Part shown: positions 38,966 through 52,604 of the stretch, in pieces
How positions within the stretch are numbered: the stretch's first letter is position 1
Layout: every line of letters starts with the position of its first letter
NCBI RefSeq assembly: GCF_030144855.1
Contig: NC_082716.1
Location: forward strand, 67,022,001 to 67,086,000
From: Hypanus sabinus
Lineage: Eukaryota
Length of the DNA stretch: 64,000 nt
Reading direction: 5' to 3'
Program-made: the position numbers and the translations under genes
The notes under the pieces: model-generated
What the model saw: the letters and a program-made list of their open reading frames with translations, nothing else
Told to the model about the DNA's origin: nothing
Databases searched by the model: none

Positions 38966-39599
38966 CTGGAATAAATATGACAAACATAAATGATAAATGT
39001 TAGAAAATAGAAACTGCAAATAAATCATCACTTTATACACTTCAACACTGAACAAAACCAGACCCTGGCTACTACCTGGTACTGACATACTGTAAACTGT
39101 TGTATCTGGGAATAGGAAGAATTAGCCCTATGACGAGCCATTGGTTGGTAAACTTTTAAGGTAAGGGATTGTTTAAATAAGGTTAATTGCTTTCCCGGCA
39201 TGAACTCCCTATGTCAACATTGAAATTAGTCCTGTGACTTGCATATCACAGTAAAGCATCACGTACTTCACTGTCAGGTAGTGAAGTATCACACACTATA
39301 TGTTTTTAGAGCATAAAGTATCGTAGCCTAACTGTTTATTTCTGATGCTCCGGTTCTGCTACCTCTCACTGTTACTCGCTGAAGGTCGCCTGCATTAGAA
39401 TAAGGGTCAGGGAGAGGAAGAGGAGCACCAAGTGATCAGGCAGGCCCTGCAGGGATTTTACTAAAAAGAGGTTGTATAGATATTGGAACCCAAAAGTTAC
39501 ATCCTTTAACCACAACATTACCTTCCACTCCTTCCCTGCCATCTGGTCATTATGCTTTCAGCTTCCTGAATACAGCAGCCACCCTGATTTGTTGTCCTA

Positions 39600-39990
39600 T
39601 GGTCTACACTCCTCACTGCTTCAGTAACGCAGCCAGCATGAGCAAAGACCTCACCCGCCCCAGACCTTCTCTCTTCTCCCTACTTCCATCAGGTAGAAGA
39701 TACAAAAGTCTGAAAGCAGGTACCACCAGGCTCAAGGACAGCTTCTACCCCACTGTTAAAAAGCTACTGAATAGTTCCCTTGTACAGTATGAAGGACTCT
39801 TCACCTCACAATCTACCTCGCTATGACCTTGCACCTTATCCTTTACCTGCTTTGAACTTTCTGTATAGCTGTTACACTTTATTCTGCATTGTTCTTGTTC
39901 TACCTCAGTGCACTGTGTAATCTGTATGAACAGGATGCAAGATGAGCTTTTTACTGTATCTTGTTACATGTGACAATAATAAACCAATTA
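39600..39990 (+). mobile_element. Rex1-like 3' end
   Basis: SLFSLLPSGRRYKSLKAGTTRLKDSFYP C-terminal motif and an AATAAAC tail. Confidence 0.75.
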
Positions 39991-42906
39991 CAATCATACG
40001 TTATTCATACAGATCTCTTCGAAGGTCTTAACTACTGGCCTAACCTGTTGACACCCATCTTCTGTCCCTGTCTCTGCTCTCCAAGAGTATCCAATACCTG
40101 ACCTTCCAGAGATTAGTGTGTCTCACTCATGCTGCAAACTGCTTTATGTGCATTGGATCCCAAGGAGCTAATGCTACCAAACCTTTCTGAAGTTCCAACC
40201 CACTTTTTGGTTAGGTCATCGTGTTCAAAGTAGAAAAAGGAATGTTCACTCTTTTGAAAGTTGGATTTCCACTATTTCTCCTTGTGTTCTGCTGGAGTTT
40301 TCCGGAATTACTGCGAAAAGCTGAGAAAAAAAATAACCTCGGTACATCACTCCCAGAAACAAGTCACATTTAAATTTCTCACGGCATCATTCCTTGTAGC
40401 CTTGGAAAATATAAATGTGGGAGCAAATTATTGAGGGTAATACCAATACAGCAAGAGGTGAGAAGTCTTAAAACCCTGAAATTATAAGAAGAAAGAAATA
40501 CTACAGGATGTAAGTATTTCAATTTTCTTTTATGAAATTAAGTTTATTTCAATAGCTTACTGTAGGAAGATTCAATGTAGCAGTAAGTTGTGTAGAAATA
40601 TGTTTCTTTTCTAATATCTTGCAGAACTTGATAGAAAAAGTAGGAGAATGGTTGGAAAAGTTTGCTAAACAGGCAAGACTCCTCATATTTTTTAAACAAT
40701 TTGAGAGAGTTGTTAGGACAGGCTTCTCTAAAGCAGGAACAGTTGTCAAGTTGAACTGATAAATGAATTTTGTTCTGAGTTAAGAAATCTTAAAGGAAAA
40801 ATTGTTTATCAGGAAGGCAAGAATCAACTTTGCTGAAAGGCGGTTTTATGAATGAAAGATGTCTGAAGAGTTCATCTGCCGTCCCTATGCAATGTCCTTT
40901 CCGTTTCTCTGCTGGCAAAGACTTGAATACATATCACTTGGACCCTTCGTCTAAATCACTTAAGTATGTTATAATTAGCCAGGGTATGAATACCAACTCC
41001 TGGAATGTACTATCAGTTACAGACGAACATACTAAAAATAATCAATTTCAACCTACATTCAGTTATCCATTGGTAATCAATTCTGAATGCAGACTAATGT
41101 ACAATTCTCAATCCCCCGGCTGCACTAATTTTGTTTAATAATCACTTGTACCTGGACAAAGGCCTTCTGAATATCTAAATAAATACTATTCACTGGTTTT
41201 CCCTTGGCTATTTTGGTGGTCACAACATCAGGAGAATTCAACAGATTTTCCTTTCACATATTTATATTGACTCTGCTGAATGTTATGACTTAAAGGATTC
41301 TGACATTTTCTCTACTACCAATGTCAGCTAAATGGTCTGCAATTTCTCATTTTCTTTCTCCCTTCTTTCTTAAGTAGCAAAGTAACTTTTCAGCCTGTGG
41401 AAAGCATTCTAGAATCTGTGGAGATTTGGAAGATGACAAACAATGCATCCACTATTTCCATAGCAACCTCTTTTAGAATTCTGGGACATGGATTCAGGGA
41501 TGTGAATTCTTTGATTTCTCCATTCCTTTCTTCACCAATGCTGATTTATTTTACCTCCCATTCTCTATTGTCCTGTAGTTTTCCAATATTTCCATGTTTT
41601 TAATGTCTCCTATAAAAACAAATACAAAAGTGCTCTGCTATTTCCTTATTTTCCAATATAAGGTTCTCTTTTCTCATTCTGCAAAGGATCAACATTATCC
41701 TACAGTAATCACATCCTTTTTACATATTTATGAAGCTTTTATGGTCCCTTTTCATGTTTCTGACTGGATTATTCTCATATTCTACCTTTCCCTTCCACTG
41801 TTGAATTCTGACATTTTCCTAATTTTACACACACAAAATGCTGGTGGAACACAACAGGCCAGGCAGCATCTTTAAGGAGAAGCACTGTCAATGTTTCAGG
41901 CCGAGACCCTTCAGCAACACTATAACCTTTTTCTTTTAATCTAAACTGTTTTTTACATCTCCAGTCACCTGTGGCTGATGTACATTTCCTCTTCTTTTGT
42001 GTTTTAAAAGGATATATATTTGCTATAAGCAATGTATTACTTTTTTAGCAGCACACACAAAATATTGAAAAAACTCAGCAAGTCAGGCAGCATCTATGGA
42101 GGGTAATGAACAATCGACATTTTGGAATGAAAGCCTTCATCTCCGCCCATAACAGGGAATGTTTGTTTCATTCCAAAGACGTTGCCTGACTTACTGATTT
42201 GCTCCAGTATTTTGTGTCTGTTGCTCAAGATTTCCAGCATCTGCAATATCTCTTCAGATTATTACTTATTTATATGTTAACTATTCCCTGTCTACTGCTA
42301 TATTCTAAGGACAGATTTCCAATCTAGTACAGCCAAACCACCTTGCTGTTTGCTCTGCTTAGATTTAGGACTGTGGTTTTGGATAGAAGTAAATCACTTT
42401 TAACCTTATTTAAAATTGTATCTTATTATGATCACTATTACCTTAAAGTCCTTTAGCTGCTATTGTTATTTAACTCTATCTCTTAGCACAATGCTAGAAC
42501 TAAAATAGCATCTACTCCACTGGTCCATCAACATACTGATCTAGAAAATTATCTTATATACACTCCATAAATTTATTCTTCATGCCATTACTGCTAGTTT
42601 GGTTTGCCCCTAGTTATAGATTAAATTCCCAATGTTTACTATATTACTCCAGTTACATATGTCACTCAATATTGAGGGATGCTAAAAATGTAGATGTTGA
42701 CAAGATCATACGTTAAAACTTTTCATTATGTTGAGCTTTCAAAGCACAATTAACATCAGTGGAAATAGAGCGGAAGAAGGAAAGGGAACTAATAATCACT
42801 CTAAAGGCCTTCAATAGGCAATTCTTAAACAGGCTTTAAAATGAACTTGAAAAGAAGGAAAATACTAAAAAGTGGTCCATTATCAAAATAGTTTGAAACT
42901 TTCTTA

Positions 42907-43341
<435 letters not shown>

Positions 43342-44411
43342 TCAATATTTCATTTTCGTTCATGCAAATCACTTCCTGATATTTTATCTCAATCCCGTAT
43401 CAAGGCCCCATCCAACTGCTGTCTTGGAGAAATAACCAGTTGAATGCTTGGTTTGGTTCCGCCCAAGGAGCAAGGGTAGAGAACTTGGACACCTGATTGT
43501 AATTTGCAGTCAGTTTGTAGTCCACCTTTTTGCTTATTGGCATTCCAACATCAGGAACTGCTAAAACTATATGAATATTGGAGTGGAATCTTGCATGTTT
43601 GGAGAGAGGAAATGACAAAAAGGTCTCACCTACTCAAAGATTTACTTATTGGGTTTGTGTGGATATAAGTAACAGTCAAATTACTTCTCCAAAATTTCCC
43701 GTTAAATGTATCATAAAAGACTAAGATTGACTAATTCTGCTCTTTGGGCTCCACTCTGCATCCTGCAAAGTAGTGCTGTGGACAGGAGTCCAGCGGCAGA
43801 GTAAATTCTTCAAACTAGATCCTTCTACTCCATGTCACTAGATACTGGCCAGTGGTGTAAACATCTCATAATCTGATTCATTTCTGCACCATTCATATCA
43901 GAACAAATTTTGTCCGTAAAATTATTGGAAAAGTGTAAAACCACAGCTTAGCAAGGGGAACTGGGCATGGGGATCTTTGACGAGAAACTGATGAAATTTA
44001 GGGACTGTGAAATAAATAAAGGATGAACTGAGATACAAGCTACATTGAACTGTGTGTAAATTAAGATGCATAAATAAACTTACAAGAGGAAAAAGTGATT
44101 TTAAGGAAATGAGGTGGAAAGCAAATGTAAGAAAAAAAAGCAAATGTAAATTTTGACATTTTAAACAATTCTAGGATCACTTCATAACCTGATGAAATGA
44201 GACTCCACAAAGTGTCTCTGAATTTAAATTGTCAACTATCATTATATTGTTAACAGTGATTTTACCTATTAATCGCTAGATTTAAAATCAAATTACTGTG
44301 TAAATATAACAGGAAAGTTCAGAAAGTCAATAGCAGAATAGTTGATACTGGACCAACATGCAATTTTGAAGTTCAATGGATATATTCTCCTTTCCACTGA
44401 TTGCTGGCAAG

Positions 44412-44510
44412 ACACATTCATAACAACATCTGTTTATCAGCAACGCACATTCATAACAACATCTGTTTATCAGCAACACACATTCATAACAACATCTGTT
44501 TTTCAGTAAA
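44412..44510. repeat. 33-bp minisatellite, 3 units
   Basis: (A/G)CACATTCATAACAACATCTGTTTATCAGCAAC at 44412, 44445 and 44478. Confidence 0.92.
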
Positions 44511-44638
44511 TTCTGGGATATCATTGGTCTAATGTTCACTATATCACCATCTAGCAAAATTGTTGAAATTCTGACATACTAGATCAAAAGAAATGTTCAC
44601 CATTTAAATCTAAAAGTTAAACATTGCAAATAAGATTA

Positions 44639-45115
<477 letters not shown>

Positions 45116-45441
45116 TCAGAAGATTGCAGGTTCCTTCATTTTTCCTGTGCTCAGTTTGGTTTATTGCAACAAACAGACATTATTCCTTTTACAATCAAAT
45201 GAAAAGAACTTCCATTTATATATATATTCTTCATGCTTGGGGTATCTTCCTTGACATCATACACTTGTGGTCAATATACTCTAAAATTTGTACTTTTGGT
45301 TCCATTGGCTGTAAGTTAAGCAGAACTTGGTTTATTAATGTTCAGAAAGGTACTTTCCTGAAAATGCATGGAGAGGGAGAAAAAGAGAGATGTAACCCAT
45401 GCAAAATATATCAGTTAAAAGCACAGAAATAGAAGCTTTAC

Positions 45442-45517
45442 CTGGTCTGGCTGTGACTCTGCAGGTTGTCCACAGAAACAGCACTCCTACAGCAGCCTGC
45501 CCTACAATATTTTGCAT
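45442..45517 (-). CDS. CDCP2: CDCP2 coding exon 1 (signal peptide)
   Basis: MQNIVGQAAVGVLFLWTTCRVTARP(G) is a signal-like sequence; phase-1 donor CAG|GTAAAG fits the next exon. A polypyrimidine+TAG acceptor at 45536 suggests an upstream non-coding exon. Confidence 0.75.
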
Positions 45518-48019
45518 GCTGAGTGCTCAAGAAAACTAAAAAAAAACAGACAAGAAGGCAAAATTATATCATCCTTTACAGTGACATATGAAGTAACACA
45601 CAGTGGTTGTAGAATTAATAGTGGCATTAATAATTCACTATGTCTGAATTAGTAACTTAACCCATCTCTGGTTCCTTTCAGTAAATATTAATGAGCTGGG
45701 TCCAATGTCTTCATTCTCCACACTGCACTATACAACTTGTTATACATTCTTGCAAAAAATGATCTAAATATTTAATTTGCTAAAGTCATAAATATTCCTT
45801 CATGAATTTAGGGATGGTCCCATATTCATTAATTATTCTACAGAAATTTATACAATTTAAGATTAAAAATGTATGCATTTGACAGATGGTGGGGCAGTTC
45901 AAAACTAGTACGCACAAAAGAACCCAAAATGGATTTTGAAAGCTACAAAGCTGCATGGTTTAAGGACTGTAACTAGAAGCCCATGGATATCAATAGACTC
46001 TTTGTTCTCTTGCTCCCAACACCAGAATTCTCTTTTTTTAACTAGTTTACATCAATTATATTGAAAAACAAAAATATTTGTCTCAAGAAGTCATTGAATT
46101 GAATTTCAAAATTACCTAATCTTTTCAAAGCTAAATTACATGAGAGAGTATGGAGGGACATTTAGGATTTTGTTTAGTTATGAAGAAATTTATGGCTGAG
46201 AAGTTTACTGACACTCATATTCTAAACCCATGCACAAAGAATATTTGGGCTAGATCTATTTCAGTTGAAAAAGAAAGATTTGTTGTTATCCAGAAAAATA
46301 GTGAAGTACAAGCAAGTAATGTGAAAGATTTTAAAAAGTGCTGCAATTTAAGTTAGCTCTCTTAATAATTTTTAATAGTGAAATATTTATTAAATTAGAT
46401 AAAACGAGTAGATTGTTCCCTGCTACAAACTGCGAGTTTCTGTTTTCAGGCAATAGTTGGCAATCTGTTGTGCTTCCTTCATCTAGCAGAAGATATTTTA
46501 CTACTGAAATTAGTATATTTAAATAGAGAATCTACTGCATTCCATTGAAATGTCTTCGAATAATGGAGTACAGTATCTTCAATTAAAGATGAAATGTAAT
46601 ACGATATCCACTTGTAACTAATCTTACTTCAATTATTTAACTTTTAGCTGTAACTGACATACTCACTCCATGTCATGTACTTTAATGATCGCTTGATAGA
46701 GTCCAACTAATTCGATCGTTGTCAGTCCCCAAAGAAGTTCTATTCTAACATTTTCAGATGATACAAATCTACATCTATCGTCCTTGAGGATCCCACTCAG
46801 CATAATCTTGTTGTTGCACCTTTGTACACTACTCCTCAACACTACGATGTTGGTCTCTGTATATTTACCATTCTCCATGAGTGGGATGTGGAATGTTCTC
46901 CAATGCTAGTGAACCGTATTCTTTTCTGAAATGGACTTTCCCTCTTACAATGTTTACAAAAGTGTGTGGCATAATCAGGAGTGATAAGTACAGGCAGCAA
47001 CCATTCAGGATCTAAGTACTGTAGTGAAAGAGAGCTCTCATCACTGGCATTTTCAGGCTCTTGCTTTCATGGCTTTTGATTACAGATAACTAATGCACTT
47101 GCAGTGTCTAATAGTAGAGCAATCCGTCATGCCCTGAAGTACCAGTATTGTTGAGGTGTAGCCCTAGAGCAGTGCTGAACATTTAGTGGGTTGGACACTC
47201 TCAGAAAGACAGTGTTCCTCAGTATCATGCTGGGAATGCCACTGCTTTACCTTCCTCCCAGGTCAGAAATCAGCCGTATTGCACCATGTGCGGAATTATC
47301 ATTGCAATAACTGATATCACACATGATGATCAGTTCTTCAAGAACAGCCGCAGCAACCCTTTCTTGAGTTTGTCCTCCCCACTCATGCTCTTGGTCTCCA
47401 TCTGCCCACTGCATGGTGCCAAAGCCATGCAGACTACCACAGATCGTGACACCTGACCTACCGAGCATTGCTGGGCTCTGCCAAGGTGGTGCAGACACCA
47501 GGAGTGTTGATTCAACATACAGATGCTCTGCACTATCACATTAGCAGCCAATTATTGGAGAGCGCCAGTGTATAGCCACAAACTGTGAGCTACCAGGCTA
47601 GTCTCAGAATCAGAATCAGGTTTATTGTCATTGTCTTATATGACATGAAATTTGTTGTTTTGAGGCAACAGTGCAGTCCAAGGACATAAAGTTACAATAA
47701 AGTACAGAATTAATAGTGAAAAAAGGGAGTAATAAGGTCGTAACTCAGACAAAATGCTGGAGGATCTCAGCAGGCCAGGCAGCATCTATGGAAAGGAGTA
47801 CAGACACCATTTCAGAACTGCTGAAGCGTTTCGGCCCAATGCACCAACTTTTCCACTGAGGCTGCCTGGCCTGCTGAATTCCTCCAGCATTTTGTGTGTG
47901 TTACTTGGACTTCCAGCATCTGCAGATTTTCTCTTGTTAATAATAAGGTAGTGTTCGCAGTTTCATGAACCGTTCAGAAGTCTGATGACAGAGGGGAGAA
48001 AGCTGTTTCTGAATCCTGA

Positions 48020-50540
48020 ATTATAGTTTCAATGTAATTAAGGAGAAGGATAGGACTGGACCCAGGGTTGAGATTTTTGATTGGAGAAAGGCTAACTTTG
48101 AGGAGATGCGAAAGGATTTAGAAGGAGTGAATTGGGACAATTTGTTTTATGGGAAGGAGGTAATAGAGAAATGGACGTCATTTAAAGGTGAAATTTTGAG
48201 GGTACAAAATCTTTATGTCCCTGTTAGGTTGAAAGGTAAGGTTAAAAGTTTGAGAGAGCCATTGTTTTCAAGGGATATTGGAAACTTGGTTAGGAAAAAG
48301 AGACATATCTACAATAAATATAGGCAGCATGGAGTAAATGAGGTGCTTGAGGAATATAAAGAATGTAAGAAGAATCTTAAGAAAGAAATTAGACAAGCTC
48401 AAATAAGATACGAGGTTGCTTTGACAAGTAAGGTGAAAATAAATCCCAAGGGTTTCTACAGTTATATTAATAGCAAAAGGATAGTGAAGGATAAAATTGG
48501 TCCCTTAGAGAATTAGAGTGGACAGCTATGTGTGGAGCCGAAAGAGATGAGGGAGATTTTGAACAATTTCTTTTCTTCGATATTCACAAAGGAGAAGGAA
48601 TTTGAATTGTGTAAGGTAAGGGAAACAATTAGGGAAGTTATGGAAACTATCACGATTAAAGAGGAGGAAGTACTGGCGCTTTTAAGGAATATAAAAGTGG
48701 ATAAATCTCCGAGTCCTAACAGTATATTCCCTAGGACCTTGAGGGAGGTTAGTGTAGAAATAGCAGGGGCTCTGATAGAAATATTTCAAATGTCATTAGA
48801 AACGGGGATGGTGCCAGAGGATTGGTGTATTTCTCATGTGGTTCCATTGTTTAAAAAGGGTTCTAAGAGTAAACCTAGCAATTATAGGCCTGTCAGTTTG
48901 ACATCAGTGCTGGGTAAATTAATGGAAAGTATTCTTAGAGATGGTATATATAATTACCTGGATAGACAGGGTCTGATTAGGAACAGTCAGCATGGATTTG
49001 TGTGTGGAAGGTCATGTTTGACAAATCTTATTGAATTTTTTGAAGAGGTTACGAAGAAAGTTGACGAGGGTAAAGCAGTGGACGTTGTCCATATGGACTT
49101 CAGTAAGGCCTTTGACAAGGTTCCACACGGAAAGTTAGTTAAGAAGGTTCAATCATTAGGTACTGATATTGAAGTAGTAAAATGGATTCAACAGTGGCTG
49201 GATGGGAGATGCCAGAGAATAGTGGTGGATAACTGTTTGTCAGGTTGGAGGCTGGTGACTAGTGGTGTGCCTCAGGGATCTGTACTGGGTCCAATGTTGT
49301 TTGTCATATACGTTAATGATCTGGATGATGGGGTGGTAAATTGGATTAGTAAGTATGCAGATGATACTAAGGTAGGTGGCATTGTGGATAATGAAGTAGG
49401 TTTTCAAAGCTTGCAGAGAGATTTAGGTCAGTTAGAAGAATGGGCTGAAAGATGGGAGATGGAGTTTAAAGCTGATAAGTGTGAGGTGCCATATTTTGGT
49501 AGGAATAATCCAAATAGGACATACCTGGTAAATTGTAGGGTATTGAAGAATGCAGTAGAACAGAGTGATCTAGGAATAATGGTGCATAGTTCCCTGAAGG
49601 TGGAATCTCATGTGGATAGATTGAACTGTTTGGACTGCTTCCGTCTGGTAGGTGCTTCAGATCCCTCCAGACTAAGACTAATAGGCACTGGAGAAGTTTT
49701 TTCCCTACTGCGGTCACTTTGCTGAACAGTTAACTGCTGGTTAACTGTCAGCTAACTATTACTTGGATTGCACTACCTGTATGTATAATCTATATTTTCA
49801 TTTATATTTATCATTATTATTGTTATGAGCAGAGAGACAACATCTGCCGGAAGTAAATTCCTTGTATGTGCACAGGTGCTTGGCGATTAAAGTTTGATTC
49901 TGATTCTGATTCTGATAGGGTGGTGAAGAAAGCTTTTGGTATGTTGGCCTTTATAAATCAGAGCATTGAGTATAGGAGTTGGGATGTTAAAATTGTACAA
50001 GGCATTGGTAAGGCCAAATTTGGAGTATTGTGTACAGTTCTGGTCACTGAATTATAGGAAAGATGTCAACAAAATAGAGAGAGTACAGAGAAGATTTACT
50101 AGAATGTTACCTGGGTTTCAGCACCTAAGTTACAGAGAAAGGTTGAACAAGTTATGTCTTTATTCTTGATAGCATAGAAGGTTGAGGGGGGACTTGATGG
50201 AGGTATTTAAAATTATGAGGGAGATAGATAGAGTTGATATAGATAGGCTTTTTCCATTGAGAGTAGGGGAGATTCAAACAAGAGGACATGAGTTGAGAGT
50301 TAGGGGGCAAAAGTTTAAGGGTAACATGAGGGGGAATTTCTTTACTCAGAGAGTGGTAGCTGTGTGGAACGAGCTTCCAGTAGAAGTGGTAGAGGCAGGT
50401 TTGGTATTGTCATTTAAAGTAAAATTGGATAGGCTGAGTGCGGGCCAGTGGGACTAGGTGAGAGTAAGCGTTCGGCACGGACTAGAAGAGCCGAGATGTC
50501 CTGTTTCCATGCTGTAATTGTTATATGGTTATATGGTTTC
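48020..50540 (+). mobile_element. Relatively young 5'-truncated CR1 LINE
   Basis: ORFs 48106-48516 and 48532 onward are in frame, separated by one TAG; full RT motifs (QHGF, DFSKAFDKV, GVPQGSVLGP, YADDTK); (GTTATATG)n tail. Confidence 0.93.
49620..49913 (+). mobile_element. Young Rex1-like 3' end inserted in the CR1
   Basis: Encodes ELFGLLPSGRCFRSLQTKTNRHWRSFFPTAVTLLNS-stop; (CTGATT)n tail; GATAG duplicated at 49615-49619 and 49914-49918. Confidence 0.88.
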
Positions 50541-51167
50541 CATTAATTGCAGGTCCATGGGCTTCTCTACCTCCTTCCTGATGTTAGTAATGAGAGGAGG
50601 GATTGTGATGGATGGTGAGGGTCCTTAATGATGGATGCTGCCTTCCTCTTCATGACATCCTCGATGGTAGGGAGGGTGTCACAAAACAACAAATTTTATG
50701 TCATATAAGATGGTGATAATAAACCTGATTCTGATTCTGAGAGCCGCAGCAGTAACCTGGTGGCCGAGTTTGCAACCCTCTGCAGCTCCTTGCAATCCTC
50801 TGCTTGGCCTTGAAGCCATCGTACCAGGCGATGATGCAACCACTTCAAAATGCTTTCCACTGTGAGTCTATAGAAGTTTGCGAAAGTCTTTAGTGACGTA
50901 CCAAGTCTCTTCAAATTCCAAATTATATAGAGTCACTGGTATGCCTATTTCATGATTGTATCTATGTGTTGGGCCCAGGATAGATCCTCTGAGATGTTGA
51001 CATCCAGGAGCTTAAAGCTGCTCACCCTTTCCACCACTGATACCTCAATGAAGACTGGTGTATGTACAAAGTGTTGACAAGGATAAGACGTAATCTAGAC
51101 GACAAGAGAAATGATTTGGTTTGGGTTCAGCTGAAGGTAAAATTTTGTGGTACCATAAAACATTGTA

Positions 51168-52030
51168 AACGCAACTGACCCTTGGGAATTCTGTAATGGA
51201 TGTGGGAGCACAGAGGAACATCTGGAAATATCCAGGAAGACCTTCTTCGTTGCTACTGCTACTGTGAGGTCCGGGTCTCTGCTGGGAGGAACAGGCCCCC
51301 CAGTCCTTAGGATCGTGTTGCCGATGGCCATTGGTGGGGCATCTTAACACGCTCGGCAGAGGATGGTGCTCGGAGAAGCTGTGCCGGAGGGGTTGGTCGG
51401 AGGCATAGAGGTTCGACGGACTCGGAGTCTGCTGCGGTCAGGTCGCTTTCACTGTGTGCTGCGTCTGCGAGGCTGGGTTCGACGGAGCTTTCATTGTGTG
51501 CTGCGTCTGAGAGGCTGAGTCGGGCGGCGCTGTGGAAGTCCATAGCGGGGTTATTCCCATCTGCCGCTGGCGTGGGATGGCGAATCTGTCGGGACCCTGA
51601 GGACTTGTGGAAACTGTGTGGTGATTTCTTTCGAACTTATAGTCTTTTAACATCTTTGGACTATTTTTACTGTACCCATGGTCTGTTTTTTTTTTATCAA
51701 TTATGCTGTTGTTTGCACTGTTGTAACTATATGTTGTAACTATGTGGTTTTGTGCAGGTCTTGTAGCTTTAGTTTTTGGTCTTGTTTTGTCTGGTTGGAT
51801 TGGAGCTCGTTTCCGGGGAACATGCTAAAATGGTAGCGCGATATTAATACGCAGCAGCCTCTCCGGACTCTGGATTGGGGATTGCCAAACATTATGTGTA
51901 TTTTCTGGTGTAGTCTGTTTTGTCATGTGCTTTTCTGATATCATTCTGGAGGAACGTTGTCTCATTTTTTAACTGCATTGCATTTGTGGTTTCTAAATGA
52001 CAGTAAACTGAATCTGAATCTGAATCTGAA
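51168..52030 (+). mobile_element. CpG-rich non-coding retroposon with (CTGAAT)n tail
   Basis: CpG-rich 5' half with an internal duplication of about 41 bp (51445-51525), T-rich 3' half, then AGTAAA and (CTGAAT)n; no recognisable ORF. Confidence 0.55.
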
Positions 52031-52604
52031 TTTTGATATCCTAATTCTCTCTGCACGTTTCTGACAAGGAAAAATGAAGTGTGCTTGGTTAAAATATGTT
52101 TACCAAAACTCATATCTGCGGATCCAGAAATATTCAGTTACACTTGGCCTTTCACTGGTTTACCATTTTCTCCTGCAGTTTGCTTATTCTGAGAATACAA
52201 CGTACAAGCTAAGAAACTCACTGTTCATTTCAATTCACCATGAAGCTGGACAAAAGTGAATGGTAATGGAACAAGAAAAAAAAACAGGAGATGATTCTAG
52301 GAGAAAGAAAAGAGTGTAGCGGTGTGCTTTGTGAGCCAGTTCGAGTGCGCTGGGAAGTGGGTCGCCACAAGAGCACAATTATTATTTGAAATTGTTGAAC
52401 CCTATACTTGATCCTCCTGCCTTTTCACCCTGTCAGACCTTCTATTTGTTTTTTTTTCCTGCTCAGGTCTTCAGTCCTGTCTCCCTTGCTTCTCATACAG
52501 TTAAAGATCAATGCTAAAATTTCCATGCTAAAGTTAGATGGCAACAAAATACGGGAACCACTGTTGGATTGGCAATGAAAGGTCAGAAATGGAATTGAAT
52601 TCCA

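Larger units (their letters stand above)
47606..51055 (-). mobile_element. Rex1-like element hosting nested insertions
   Basis: (CTGATT)n tail at 47606. The sequence breaks at about 48020 and resumes at about 50541, colinear with the related copy at 19183-19576. ORF 50696-50914 (MKRLGTSLKTFANFYRLTVESIL). Confidence 0.7.

Noticed and set aside
44412-44510. 33-bp repeat encoding a Cys-rich peptide (ORF 44327-44557)
   Set aside because: Simple intronic minisatellite; the ORF is a by-product of a unit length divisible by three.
48532-49725. 397-aa RT ORF as an active or domesticated gene
   Set aside because: 5'-truncated CR1 with an upstream in-frame stop, an insertion at 49620 and downstream frameshifts.
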